Source: an uncultured Solirubrobacterales bacterium (GTDB lineage Bacteria; Actinomycetota; Thermoleophilia; Solirubrobacterales; Solirubrobacteraceae). From it: 64,000 nt of DNA. How positions within the stretch are numbered: position 1 is the first letter of the stretch; the number at the start of each line of letters is the position of its first letter. A model generated the notes under the pieces. The model was not told the origin of the DNA. It ran no database searches and saw nothing but the letters and a program-made list of their open reading frames with translations. Location of the stretch: the NCBI GenBank assembly GCA_963714025.1, contig OY970221.1:1519901-1583900 (forward strand), read 5' to 3'. Position numbers and translations under genes: made by a program. Shown here piece after piece: positions 21,785 through 30,908 of this stretch.

Positions 21785-22207
21785 GTGGCTATGACCGAGG
21801 ACTTCTTCGAGGGCTTTTTCGCTGCTCTCCGCCTCCATAACAGAGAGTTCGTTGAAACTCGCAACAACGTGCATCACGAACGCTTTCGAGCTGCCGCAGA
21901 ACTCCTGGAGCAGGCTCAAGCTCGACATGCAGCTGGCGTAAACGAGCTGCCTCAGATGTTTCGCCCCACGATGGCAACCGCCCTGTATAGCGAGCTCGAT
22001 GATGCGCTGCTGAGGTTGCAACAAGGATTTGGGAGCTCCCCAAACCCTGCGTACCCTGGTCTCAGACTGGTGCTGACAGAGCCCCAAGCCGAAGATGTGC
22101 TCCTCGACTTCTCTCCTGACGCGAGAAAGCTCTTGGGGGAACTCGCCGACGCGTTTATTCAAGCGCAACCAAAGGCGCATAACGCCGGCGTCCCGGAACC
22201 GGCCTGA
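21785..22207 (+). CDS. Hypothetical 140-aa protein, co-oriented with the HD fusion gene
   Basis: Clean ORF ending 14 bp before the HD gene; helical, globular-looking composition. Confidence 0.7.
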   Translation: MAMTEDFFEGFFAALRLHNREFVETRNNVHHERFRAAAELLEQAQARHAAGVNELPQMFRPTMATALYSELDDALLRLQQGFGSSPNPAYPGLRLVLTEPQAEDVLLDFSPDARKLLGELADAFIQAQPKAHNAGVPEPA

Positions 22208-22221
22208 CGAGGCACTGGGCC

Positions 22222-24915
22222 GTGCCGCTTGAGAGCGCGCTCGACAAGCTCCGCTCCGCCCCTACGTTCAAGGTGGCCTTGGAGCACGTTGAGTGCTCCC
22301 TCTCCGCACCGCTCGCCAACTACGAGCACCGCCGCCCCCCTGAGCGCCCCGACTCTGGTGATCCGGGTACAAAGGCCGTCAAGGACGCCGTTTGGGGGAT
22401 GATCAGCCTTGAGCGACGTGAGGTGTCGATCCTCGACAGCCCGCCGCTTCAGCGGCTTCGACGGATCCGCCAGCTGGGCCTCGGCTATCTCATATATCCG
22501 ACCGCCGGGTACTCCCGCTTTGAGCATACCCTGGGCGCTGTCCACCAGGCAGACACAATGCTGCGTGCGGTGGCCAGCAGGACAGGACGAGCGATCACCC
22601 CCGGAGATGGAGGCGCCCCTACCTATCTTGGCGAACCCGAGATTCTCAAGATGCTTTCAGTTGTGAGATTGGCCGCCCTATTGCACGATATCGGGCACCT
22701 GCCCTTGAGTCACGTCGCAGAGCGCTTTTATTCACGCGCCGAGTGCCGCAACATGGATCTGGTCCGCCAGGCCGAAGATCTCTGTAACGATGTGCAGCGA
22801 TGCCTTGACGTGAAGAGACCAAGTCTCGCCGAGTGTTTGTCTCTCGTCACAATTTTGACCCCGTCATTTTTATCGTTTCTCACGACCGATGGAATGTATT
22901 CGCGGGGGGAGGTATTGGCCGCCAGTGCAGCGATCGTTGGCCGCGCGGCGTCAGTACGCACTGCCTTTGTATACCAATTGATTACTAACATAATTGATGC
23001 CGACAAGCTCGACTATATGTTTCGTGACGGTTTTTTGACCGGAGTGCCCCTAGCAGTCGATCTGGAGAGGCTTCTGTACAAGCTTAAGTGCATCGAACTA
23101 CCTGCAGCCTCCCTACCGGATTCACTGGCTGCCATACAGGCCGATGACGAGGGGGCGCTAGTTCTCGGTATTGACCTGACCGGACAACGCCTCGCATACG
23201 ACGTAACTGTCGCACGTACCATGCTATTCGAGCGCGTCTATCTACATCATAAGACAAGGGCCGCAGAGAGAGTCGCAATGCGCCGGCTCGACTCGTTTAA
23301 TATGGCACCGTGGTGGCTCTTGGCCTTCGACGACTCATTGTTTACGGGGGACCAGCCAATGTCGGCAACGGTGCAGATGCTGCGGACCCGTTCGTTGCCT
23401 TGTCGGGCATATGCGCTGTCACACAATCTCTTGCCAGGAGTCGCAATCGGTGAGGGGGTCGAGGAACCCGAATTGCCACTCGAGCAGACCGACAGCTGGC
23501 GCCGCCTTGTATACGACCTAGAGAGAGCGTCGGCACGCATGCGGCTGGAGGAGAAGATTCGACTCACATCCGAAAGCTTTGCTAGCGCCCTAGACAGTAT
23601 TGCTGCTATAGATGATGTCTGGGTTGACACTGTACCGGCCCGCGGTGACCTTGGTACGTGGGACCTTTGGGTTGAGACACCCGACGGCGACGTCGCCGTA
23701 GCCAACACCTACGGTGCACGAGCAGCCGCGTATGCCCACAGCCCATCACAAACCTTCTACGTTTACGTGAGTGGCAGCGGGCGCGCTCCTGAAGTCACCT
23801 TCCTTGCAGCAGAGTACGTGATGGCTACACGCTACGGCCTCTTTACTGGTAGGCGTGCTGCCGATAGCGCAAAGATCCCATTCCGCGCAGTCAATAACTT
23901 GAAGCGGTCTCTTGAGTCAGCTCTGCCCGGGGTTTACGATTCTGTTGGTCGATTGCGACCTGAGCCCACCTTCTTTGGAAGGCAAGAGATCGACAAAAGA
24001 CTTACAGAGCTGGCAGCACGCTTCCATCATTATCACGGACAGCCAAAGGTGAAAGTAGACACTAAACGCATTCGTGACTACCTTCGTCAATTTCCAGAAA
24101 CGCTTTCTGAAGAGATGCTCAGTATCCTTGAGTCGATACAATTTCTTGACCGTGATGCCCTGGGGGCACGATTTGCGGAGTTCTTGGAAGTGGACGCTCA
24201 CGACCACGAGAACTACGTACCCCTTACTCAGACACCCGAGAAGAGTGCATATCACCTGCCTTACTTCTTGGCCGATCGGCGTGAGACCAAGCTCAATGTT
24301 GTGACGCTGGACCAGGCACTTTCGTCGGACAGGCCCATAACCTTCTTTGACGACTGCAATATATCAGCGATGCAATCGCGGACCGTAGTACAAACATGGT
24401 TTGGGAGAGCACCTGAACTCCCCATGGAGGCCAGCTCAGTCGCACGCCCCTTGACATCGGAGGAGGCCGAGATGCTAGCCGGTAGACGCATCCGTTTTCG
24501 GTTTGCATATGCTCATATTCTTGGGCTAAATGCGCTTGCCAAAACCGTGTCAGAGATAGGCTTGAACAGTGACATCGCGGCTTGTGAGACCGAGAGCAGG
24601 TCAGCACCATTTTCCGATCAGGGGCCGTCACAGGCACTGACTTGTTTTTTGAAGGATGTCGGGAGAGATACCCTCAGCTCAACCAAAGGCACAGACAGTC
24701 CTGATCGGTGGCCGGCGGAGCGCTGTGAACAGTATGCGTTGGGGTACGGCGACCTCCAGCAGCTCGTGATCTTGTTCTATAACACACCCACGGGGACGCT
24801 TACTGCGCTTTGGAAGGCGGGAAGGTTCCGCGGAGCCCCGTGGTTGCCTCTCTTTCCGCGGCGAGATGAGCCCGGCATCGTTCGACCAGCGAGTCAGCTC
24901 CGCCCGTTTGGTTAA
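22222..24915 (+). CDS. HD-domain phosphohydrolase (dNTP triphosphohydrolase/SAMHD1-like) fused to a C-terminal phosphoribosyltransferase-like domain
   Basis: KDAVWG, LQRLRRIRQLG, SRFEHTLG, ALLHDIGHLPLSH, DADKLDYMFRD, VYLHHKTRAAE; C-terminal YLRQF, ITFFDDCNISAMQ, LGYG...YNTPTGTL..LW and WLPLFPR; visibly AT-richer than the flanks. Confidence 0.85.
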   Translation: MPLESALDKLRSAPTFKVALEHVECSLSAPLANYEHRRPPERPDSGDPGTKAVKDAVWGMISLERREVSILDSPPLQRLRRIRQLGLGYLIYPTAGYSRFEHTLGAVHQADTMLRAVASRTGRAITPGDGGAPTYLGEPEILKMLSVVRLAALLHDIGHLPLSHVAERFYSRAECRNMDLVRQAEDLCNDVQRCLDVKRPSLAECLSLVTILTPSFLSFLTTDGMYSRGEVLAASAAIVGRAASVRTAFVYQLITNIIDADKLDYMFRDGFLTGVPLAVDLERLLYKLKCIELPAASLPDSLAAIQADDEGALVLGIDLTGQRLAYDVTVARTMLFERVYLHHKTRAAERVAMRRLDSFNMAPWWLLAFDDSLFTGDQPMSATVQMLRTRSLPCRAYALSHNLLPGVAIGEGVEEPELPLEQTDSWRRLVYDLERASARMRLEEKIRLTSESFASALDSIAAIDDVWVDTVPARGDLGTWDLWVETPDGDVAVANTYGARAAAYAHSPSQTFYVYVSGSGRAPEVTFLAAEYVMATRYGLFTGRRAADSAKIPFRAVNNLKRSLESALPGVYDSVGRLRPEPTFFGRQEIDKRLTELAARFHHYHGQPKVKVDTKRIRDYLRQFPETLSEEMLSILESIQFLDRDALGARFAEFLEVDAHDHENYVPLTQTPEKSAYHLPYFLADRRETKLNVVTLDQALSSDRPITFFDDCNISAMQSRTVVQTWFGRAPELPMEASSVARPLTSEEAEMLAGRRIRFRFAYAHILGLNALAKTVSEIGLNSDIAACETESRSAPFSDQGPSQALTCFLKDVGRDTLSSTKGTDSPDRWPAERCEQYALGYGDLQQLVILFYNTPTGTLTALWKAGRFRGAPWLPLFPRRDEPGIVRPASQLRPFG

Positions 24916-24994
24916 GCCATATCGTCAACCGAGAGGCACTGATCGCGCAGGAAATCGTGAATTTTACTTGCCTGCCTCAGATGTGAGAGCAGTG

Positions 24995-25429
24995 CTACGC
25001 AAACGGGTCGCGGGCTTCAATACCGTCGTAGCGGCGGAAGTCCTTGTCACGCGTGTAGATGACCGCGACCCCGTGCTGGCGCATCAGGGCCACCAGATGG
25101 GCGTCGGGAACGTGATTGCCACGCGTCTGAGAATCGGCCGTGGTCCCATACAGCTTCCAGAACCCGTCTGCCTCTGCAGGGGTGCGGACGTTGGGGCGAT
25201 CATCGACCAGGGCGGTGATCGCGGCGACCGCCTGCTCGGGCGAACGGGGGTTGGGAAATATCGCGGGGTGGGTGGCGATGCGCAGGAAGCCCATGATCGT
25301 AGGCCAGAACAGATAGAATAGGTCCGGACCGGCGGCGAGTCGCTCCAGCAACTTACGGGCGATCGGATGTGCCTCGTCGTCGGAGTTGGCCGCGTAGAGA
25401 AGGATGTTGGTGCCGACTGTGGCGCTCAA
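24995..25429 (-). CDS. vapC: VapC-family PIN-domain toxin
   Basis: V(G)TNILLYA, FLRIATHP, GNHVPDAHLVALM, IYTRDKDF; lies downstream of an antitoxin gene. Confidence 0.85.
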   Translation of the reverse strand: MSATVGTNILLYAANSDDEAHPIARKLLERLAAGPDLFYLFWPTIMGFLRIATHPAIFPNPRSPEQAVAAITALVDDRPNVRTPAEADGFWKLYGTTADSQTRGNHVPDAHLVALMRQHGVAVIYTRDKDFRRYDGIEARDPFA

Positions 25430-25439
25430 GTCAGTGGCG

Positions 25440-25679
25440 TCAGGTTCGCCTGCGGTCGAGAACGCCCCAGAGGGCATCCTTGTCCTCCAGATCGACCGTC
25501 GGCCTACCCATGCGCATGCTCGGCCACTGCAGTGGAGTCAGCTCCTTTGGCGCATCTCTCCTCAGGCCAAGCGCGAGACGCTCAGATGCCACCTGGCCCA
25601 TGCTCTTGTGCTCGCTGGCCGCACGATCGCGCAGTTGCTCCAGCACCGACGCATCTAGATCGAGGGTCGTGCGTGTCAT
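25440..25679 (-). CDS. vapB: VapB-family ribbon-helix-helix antitoxin
   Basis: MTRTTLDLDASVLEQLRDRAA...SMGQVASE; immediately upstream of vapC; dyad ACATC-T-GATGT upstream. Confidence 0.82.
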   Translation of the reverse strand: MTRTTLDLDASVLEQLRDRAASEHKSMGQVASERLALGLRRDAPKELTPLQWPSMRMGRPTVDLEDKDALWGVLDRRRT

Positions 25680-25767
25680 GATGCGTGATGCTAACAGCTT
25701 GCACATCTGATGTAGCAGGCACCCGCCGGACCACACGGAGTGTGTGGGAGACTCACCCATTCACGCG

Positions 25768-26271
25768 ATGCCCGCCAGGCTCAAATACGTCGATCCCAAC
25801 AAGCCGCGTGGCCTCTTCAGCCGCGCCTTTGCAGCGTTCTCGAGCACCCGCCCCGGCCGATTCTTCTCGGCAAAGGTCGTCTGGAAGGTGGATCCGTATC
25901 TGCTGCGAATCACCCGCGGCCGTCTCGGCATGGGTCTCGTCCTCCCCACCGCCCTACTCGAAACGCGCGGCGCCAAGAGCGGCGCGGTACGTCGCAACGC
26001 CGTCATCTACTTCCACGATCAAGACCGCGTCACGATCATCGCCTCCAAGGCCGGAGCCCCGAAACACCCGGCGTGGTTTCACAACCTCGTGGCACACCCC
26101 GATGTCACCTTCGGCGGCATTTCGATGCGGGCCACAGTAGTCGGCGACGAGGGCGAACGCGACAGGATCTGGAGGCTCGCCGACCGCGTGTTCGCGCCCT
26201 ATGCGACCTACCGGCGCGAAGCGGCGCAGGCGCACCGGACGATCCCGATCGTGCAGCTCCTGCCACGGTAG
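25768..26271 (+). CDS. Deazaflavin (F420)-dependent nitroreductase/quinone reductase (DDN family)
   Basis: LLETRGAKSG, IASKAGAPKHPAWFHNLVAHP, YATY...RTIPIV. Confidence 0.88.
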   Translation: MPARLKYVDPNKPRGLFSRAFAAFSSTRPGRFFSAKVVWKVDPYLLRITRGRLGMGLVLPTALLETRGAKSGAVRRNAVIYFHDQDRVTIIASKAGAPKHPAWFHNLVAHPDVTFGGISMRATVVGDEGERDRIWRLADRVFAPYATYRREAAQAHRTIPIVQLLPR

Positions 26272-26360
26272 ACACACGCCTCAGACGGTCACATCATGTT
26301 CTCCCACCCCCTTGCCGTGCGGGTGTATGTTTGGCCTCCAGCCAACGGGAGGAGATACCC

Positions 26361-26648
26361 ATGTCGTATGTACGCGTAGTGAGATTCACCGACGTAAACG
26401 CCGAGCGCCTCAATGCCGTGATCGAGCAGATCAACGAGTCCGGTGGACCGCCCCCCGGCGTGCCCGCGACCGCCCTGACGATGCTGCACGACGAGGCGCA
26501 GGGCACCGCGGTCGTGCTGCAGCACTTCGCCACCCAGGAGGACATGCAGACCGCCGCCCGAGCCTTCGATGCGATGGACGCCTCCGAGACCCCCGGCACC
26601 CGCGCTTCTGTGGACATGTGCGAGGTGAAGCTCGACCGTGAGGCGTGA
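26361..26648 (+). CDS. Small hypothetical protein
   Basis: GGAGG RBS followed by MSYVRVVRFTDV...; good GC3 codon bias. Confidence 0.7.
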   Translation: MSYVRVVRFTDVNAERLNAVIEQINESGGPPPGVPATALTMLHDEAQGTAVVLQHFATQEDMQTAARAFDAMDASETPGTRASVDMCEVKLDREA

Positions 26649-26701
26649 GGAGCTCCGCGACGTCTCGATAACACAGTTCACCGAATCCCACCCGAGCGAC
26701 G

Positions 26702-27454
26702 ATGAGCGGGGAAACTTACGACCGGATCGGACGCAATTACAAAGGGCCCCGCAGACCAGATCTGAGGATCGCCGCGAGCATTGACGCGGCGCTGGGCGAT
26801 GCAAAGACGGTCGTCAACGTAGGTGCGGGAACCGGCTCCTACGAGCCGAGCGATCGTTGCGTCACTGCAGTCGAGCCCTCAGCTGAGATGATCGCTCAGC
26901 GACCGCCGGGCTCGGCTGCCGTCGTGCAGGCGAGCGCGGAGTCGCTGCCGTTCGACGACGACAGCTTCGACGCCGCACTGGCGGTCCTCACCGTCCATCA
27001 CTGGATTGAGCTCACGGCCGGGCTGGCAGAGATGCAGCGTGTAGCGCGGCGGCGCATCGTCATCGTGACCTTTGACCCCGAGCCACTGCGCGATCTTTGG
27101 ATCGTGCGCGACTACTTCCCCGAAATGCTCGACCTCGAATCCGATCGCACATCGGGACATCGACTGGCGGCCGAGCTGCCCGCAGGGCGAAGCCTCCCCT
27201 TGCCGGTGCCCCGCGACTGCAGCGATCATTTCTTCGCCGCGCTCTGGGGCCGTCCCGAGCTGCTTTTCGATGACGAGACCGTTGGCCCGATGTGGGTATG
27301 GAGCCGGCTCTCGGAGGAGGCTAAGCGAGGAGGGCGCGAAATGCTCGCCGAAGACCTGAAGAGCGGACGTTGGCAGGAGCGCTACGGGCACTTGTCGACC
27401 ATGTCCGAGCTGGACGTCGGCCTTCGGTTGGTCGTCTCGGAGCTGAGGGAGTAG
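26702..27454 (+). CDS. Class I SAM-dependent methyltransferase
   Basis: VNVGAGTGSYE, AESLPFDDDSFD, TVHHW. Confidence 0.88.
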   Translation: MSGETYDRIGRNYKGPRRPDLRIAASIDAALGDAKTVVNVGAGTGSYEPSDRCVTAVEPSAEMIAQRPPGSAAVVQASAESLPFDDDSFDAALAVLTVHHWIELTAGLAEMQRVARRRIVIVTFDPEPLRDLWIVRDYFPEMLDLESDRTSGHRLAAELPAGRSLPLPVPRDCSDHFFAALWGRPELLFDDETVGPMWVWSRLSEEAKRGGREMLAEDLKSGRWQERYGHLSTMSELDVGLRLVVSELRE

Positions 27455-27565
27455 TCCGTCGACAATGGCTATCGACGACCTGACCACGCTGTCACTCACC
27501 GGGTTTGGCAACGCTTTATTTGAGGCCGCTCGGATTCCCTTGGGATTGCATCACCGGTGTTGGGA

Positions 27566-27637
27566 TGCCCCCGCCAGGAGTCGAACCTGGATCTACCGCT
27601 TAGGAGGCGGTCGTCTTATCCATTGGACTACGAGGGC
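27566..27637 (-). tRNA. tRNA-Arg (CCT)
   Basis: Reverse complement GCCCTCGTAGTCCAATGGATAAGACGACCGCCTCCTAAGCGGTAGATCCAGGTTCGACTCCTGGCGGGGGCA folds as a cloverleaf with anticodon CCT; CCA not encoded. Confidence 0.95.
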
Positions 27638-27777
27638 GCGTGTGTCGGCCCGCGGGCAACGGACCAACGGGAAGGCTACAGGCGCTAAGCAACTCCTTGC
27701 CCGGGCACGGCCGATCCGGCGCTCCGCGCGAAGACTGCTGAGCCGCGCGCGCTGCACCCGGCATAGCGTCCTCCGAC

Positions 27778-29235
27778 CTAAGCACGAGCGGGCTGTGCAT
27801 CCAACCCCTCGACGGAACCCTCGCCCCCACCGAGCTCGTCGGCCGCCCGCCGGGCCGAGGCATCGGCCCAGGCGGTGGTGCTGAGGAGGCCGAGCACGAA
27901 CGCGGCGAGGCCACAGCCGGCGACGATCCACCAGCCGGTCTGGCTGGCGGCAATGAAGTTCGGTCCGGCGACGATGGCGCCGCCGGCAGCAACGGCGCCG
28001 ACCACAGCCACACCAAGCGTCTGGCCTACCTGGCGCGAGGTCGAGGCGACGGCAGCGGCAACTCCGGCCTGGGCAGGAGGCATGCCGAGCACGGCGGTGT
28101 TGGTGATCGGCGGGTTGACCGTGCCGAAGCCGATCCCGAAGATCACGTAGGCGGGGAACAGGGAGACGAGCGGCGTGTCGTGGCCGATGCCGGTCATGAG
28201 GGCTCCGCCGAGCGCGATCCCGAGCCCGCCGACGAGCAGGGGGATGCGCGGGCCGTGGCGGCCGACGAGGCGTCCGGAGAGCGGTGCGAAGACGATCGTC
28301 ATGGCTGCGATCGGGAGGGTGTAGAGGCCGGCGTCGAGCGCCGAGAGGCCGCGGACCTCCTGCAGGTAGAGAGTGTTCAGGAACAGGAACCCGCCGAGGG
28401 CGGCGAAGGAGCAGATCGCGATCAGGCTGGCACTGGAGAAGGGGACGCTGCGAAAGAAGCGCAGTTCGAGCAGCGGCTCGAAGCGCCGGCGCTCGTACAC
28501 CACCAGCGCGATCAGCGCGACGGCGGCGAAGGCGAACAGAGCAAGGGTCTGATCGGAGGTCCAGCCGGCGGAGGGGGCCTCGATGATCGCGTAGGTGAGC
28601 GAGGCGAGCAGCGCGATCACGAGCAGCTCGCCGATCGGGTCCAAGCGCCGCGGACGCGGGGCGCGGGACTCGGGCACGAAGCGCATGGTCAGCGCGAGCG
28701 CGAGCAGGCCGACGGGGACGTTGATCCAGAAGATCGAGCGCCAGCCGACGGACTCCACGAGCGCGCCGCCGACGACCGGGCCGAGAGCGAGGCTGATGCC
28801 GACGGTGGCCCCCCACACGCCGATCGCCTGGGCACGCTCGCGGGCGTCGGTGAAGACGTTGCGGATGATCGACATTGCGACCGGGTTGAGCATCGAGCCG
28901 CCGATCGCCTGGAGCATGCGGAAGACGACCAGCCAGCCCTCGCTCGGCGCCGCGCTGCACAGCAGCGAGCCGAGCGTGAACAGCACGAGCCCGAGCTCGA
29001 ACACGCGCCGGCGCCCGAAGCGATCGGCCATCGAGCCGGAGAGCATCAGCAGGCTGGCGAGCACGAGCGTGTAGGCGTCGACGGTCCATTGCAGCCCCGA
29101 GATGGGCGTGTGCAGCTCGCGCCCGATCGAGGGCAGCGCGACGTTGACGATCGTCGAGTCGAGACCGACGATCAGCAGGCTCATGCAGCAGATCACCAGC
29201 ACGAGCCGGCGGCGCGAGCGCGGCAGCTCGGTCAC
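27778..29235 (-). CDS. MFS drug:H+ antiporter (DHA2, EmrB/QacA-like)
   Basis: LDSTIVNVALP, MADRFGRRR, GPVVGGAL and WRSIFWINVPVG; many TM segments. Confidence 0.92.
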   Translation of the reverse strand: MTELPRSRRRLVLVICCMSLLIVGLDSTIVNVALPSIGRELHTPISGLQWTVDAYTLVLASLLMLSGSMADRFGRRRVFELGLVLFTLGSLLCSAAPSEGWLVVFRMLQAIGGSMLNPVAMSIIRNVFTDARERAQAIGVWGATVGISLALGPVVGGALVESVGWRSIFWINVPVGLLALALTMRFVPESRAPRPRRLDPIGELLVIALLASLTYAIIEAPSAGWTSDQTLALFAFAAVALIALVVYERRRFEPLLELRFFRSVPFSSASLIAICSFAALGGFLFLNTLYLQEVRGLSALDAGLYTLPIAAMTIVFAPLSGRLVGRHGPRIPLLVGGLGIALGGALMTGIGHDTPLVSLFPAYVIFGIGFGTVNPPITNTAVLGMPPAQAGVAAAVASTSRQVGQTLGVAVVGAVAAGGAIVAGPNFIAASQTGWWIVAGCGLAAFVLGLLSTTAWADASARRAADELGGGEGSVEGLDAQPARA

Positions 29236-29813
29236 GGATCGGCCGGGGGAGAATCGCCGGATGTGGCCGTCGCCAAACGCTCCAGCGCGGCGCCGTCCAG
29301 CCGGTGGGTGATCCACTCGTTCGCGGTGCTCGCACCCATGCGCCGATAGAACCCGAGCGCGAGCTCGTTCCAGTCGAGCGCCGCCCATTCCAGGCGCTCG
29401 CCGCCGCGCTCCCGCACACGGGCGGCCACGGCCGAGAGCAGCGTCCGGCCGACGCCCTCCCCGCGATGGCCGGGGCGCACGAACAGGTCCTCGAGCCAGA
29501 TCCCGGTGCTGGTGAGGAAGCTCGAGAAGGTCGGGAAGAACAGCGCGTAGCCCAGAACCTCGGGGCCGCCCGATTCCTTGTCGCGCTCGAGACCACCGGA
29601 CTCCCCGTCGCGCTCGGCGCCGCCGGACCCGGTCTCCCGTTCGGCGATCAACGCCTCGGCCACGGGGCGCTCGCCGAACAGGGCCGCCCCCAACCCCTGC
29701 TCGGTGGCGCGCAGCTCGTGCGTCAGGTGCTCGTACTCGGCCAGCTCGGCGAACAGCTCGAGCAGCACGGGCAGGTCGCGCGGCTCGGCGGCGCGTACGA
29801 GCGTGTCAGGCAC
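29232..29813 (-). CDS. GNAT N-acetyltransferase (SSAT-like)
   Basis: ELAEYEHL, IWLEDLFVRPGHRGEGVG, LDWNELALGFY. Confidence 0.88.
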   Translation of the reverse strand: MPDTLVRAAEPRDLPVLLELFAELAEYEHLTHELRATEQGLGAALFGERPVAEALIAERETGSGGAERDGESGGLERDKESGGPEVLGYALFFPTFSSFLTSTGIWLEDLFVRPGHRGEGVGRTLLSAVAARVRERGGERLEWAALDWNELALGFYRRMGASTANEWITHRLDGAALERLATATSGDSPPADP

Positions 29814-30402
29814 GGTCGGGGCGCTCGGGATAGACCTCGTCGATCGTCGTGAGCGCCACATAACGGGAGTCCTCGCCGAGCGCGGCCTGGATCGCCTCGC
29901 CGCCGCCCGCCAGCCGGTCGAGCACGCTCACGACGCCGGCAACGGTCAACCCCTCCTCGCGCACACGCTCGATCGCCTCGATCGTGGAGCCTCCGGTCGT
30001 AACCACATCCTCGACGATCAGGCAGCGCTCGCCGTCGACGAGCGCGGGCCCCTCGATCCAACGCTGCAGGCCGTGATCCTTGCGCTGTTTGCGCACGATG
30101 AAGACGCGCAGCGGCGGCTCGGGCGCGGCCAGCGCGGCGCAGGCGACGGGGATCGCGCTCACGGGCACGCCGCCGACGGCGCTCGCGCCGCAGGCCCTTG
30201 CCTGCTCGGCGACCAGCAGGCCGAGCGCCATGAAGGCCTCGGGCAGCAGAATCGCGCGCTTGGCGTCGACGTAGTACTGAGCGATGCGCCCACTCGTCAG
30301 CGTGACTTCGCCGATGCTCAGCGCGTGCTCGCGCAACAGCTCCACGATCCGCTCGCGCGCGCGACGCAAAGACTCGCTCGGATATTCGGCCAGGGTGTCC
30401 AT
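29806..30402 (-). CDS. pyrE: Orotate phosphoribosyltransferase
   Basis: TLTSG..AQYYVD, VRKQRKDHG, IVEDVVTTGGS. Confidence 0.92.
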   Translation of the reverse strand: MDTLAEYPSESLRRARERIVELLREHALSIGEVTLTSGRIAQYYVDAKRAILLPEAFMALGLLVAEQARACGASAVGGVPVSAIPVACAALAAPEPPLRVFIVRKQRKDHGLQRWIEGPALVDGERCLIVEDVVTTGGSTIEAIERVREEGLTVAGVVSVLDRLAGGGEAIQAALGEDSRYVALTTIDEVYPERPDRA

Positions 30403-30423
30403 GTACGGGTCTAATCTAGCTCC

Positions 30424-30783
30424 ATGTCCTCGATCACCGGCCTGATGCGCCTGGCGAGCCGCGTGATCTGCCTGATCGTGATCGCCTGGTTCGTGGTGTT
30501 CGTCGTCAATCAGACCAGCTCGGCCTCGACCCATCAGCAGAACGAGGTGACCGAGGGGAGCTCGGCTGCGGCGAGTGAATCGAGCGCGGCGGCCGCCAAG
30601 CACGAAGGCACGCTGCACCACACGCTCGACGAAGCCGCAAACACGCTCACCTCGCCGTTTGCGGGTGTCGTCAGCGGATCGAGCAGCGAATGGACGATCC
30701 ACATCGTCAAGACCCTGCTCGCGCTGCTCGTCTACGGCTTCGGTCTGGCTTTCCTCGCGCGCTTCCTACGCGTCAGGGTGTGA
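30424..30783 (+). CDS. Small membrane protein
   Basis: 119-aa ORF with two hydrophobic segments and GC3 bias. Confidence 0.7.
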   Translation: MSSITGLMRLASRVICLIVIAWFVVFVVNQTSSASTHQQNEVTEGSSAAASESSAAAAKHEGTLHHTLDEAANTLTSPFAGVVSGSSSEWTIHIVKTLLALLVYGFGLAFLARFLRVRV

Positions 30784-30812
30784 CGCGTGGACCTGCGCAT
30801 CTCCGCGTCTTA

Positions 30813-30842
30813 CCGATTGAAGGTCACGGGACCTTCAATCGG
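30813..30842. terminator. Stem-loop between convergent genes; probable bidirectional terminator
   Basis: CCGATTGAAGGTC-ACGG-GACCTTCAATCGG: 13-bp perfect stem with a 4-nt loop. Confidence 0.65.
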
Positions 30843-30908
30843 CCAGCACGCCAACGCGCTCCCTCGCGTCCTGTGACCTGCTTGATCCACGCGTCACACC
30901 CTGCGTGG

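Noticed and set aside
21258-27637. Prophage or ICE at either tRNA
   Set aside because: No integrase, structural, replication or conjugation genes, and no att duplication seen.
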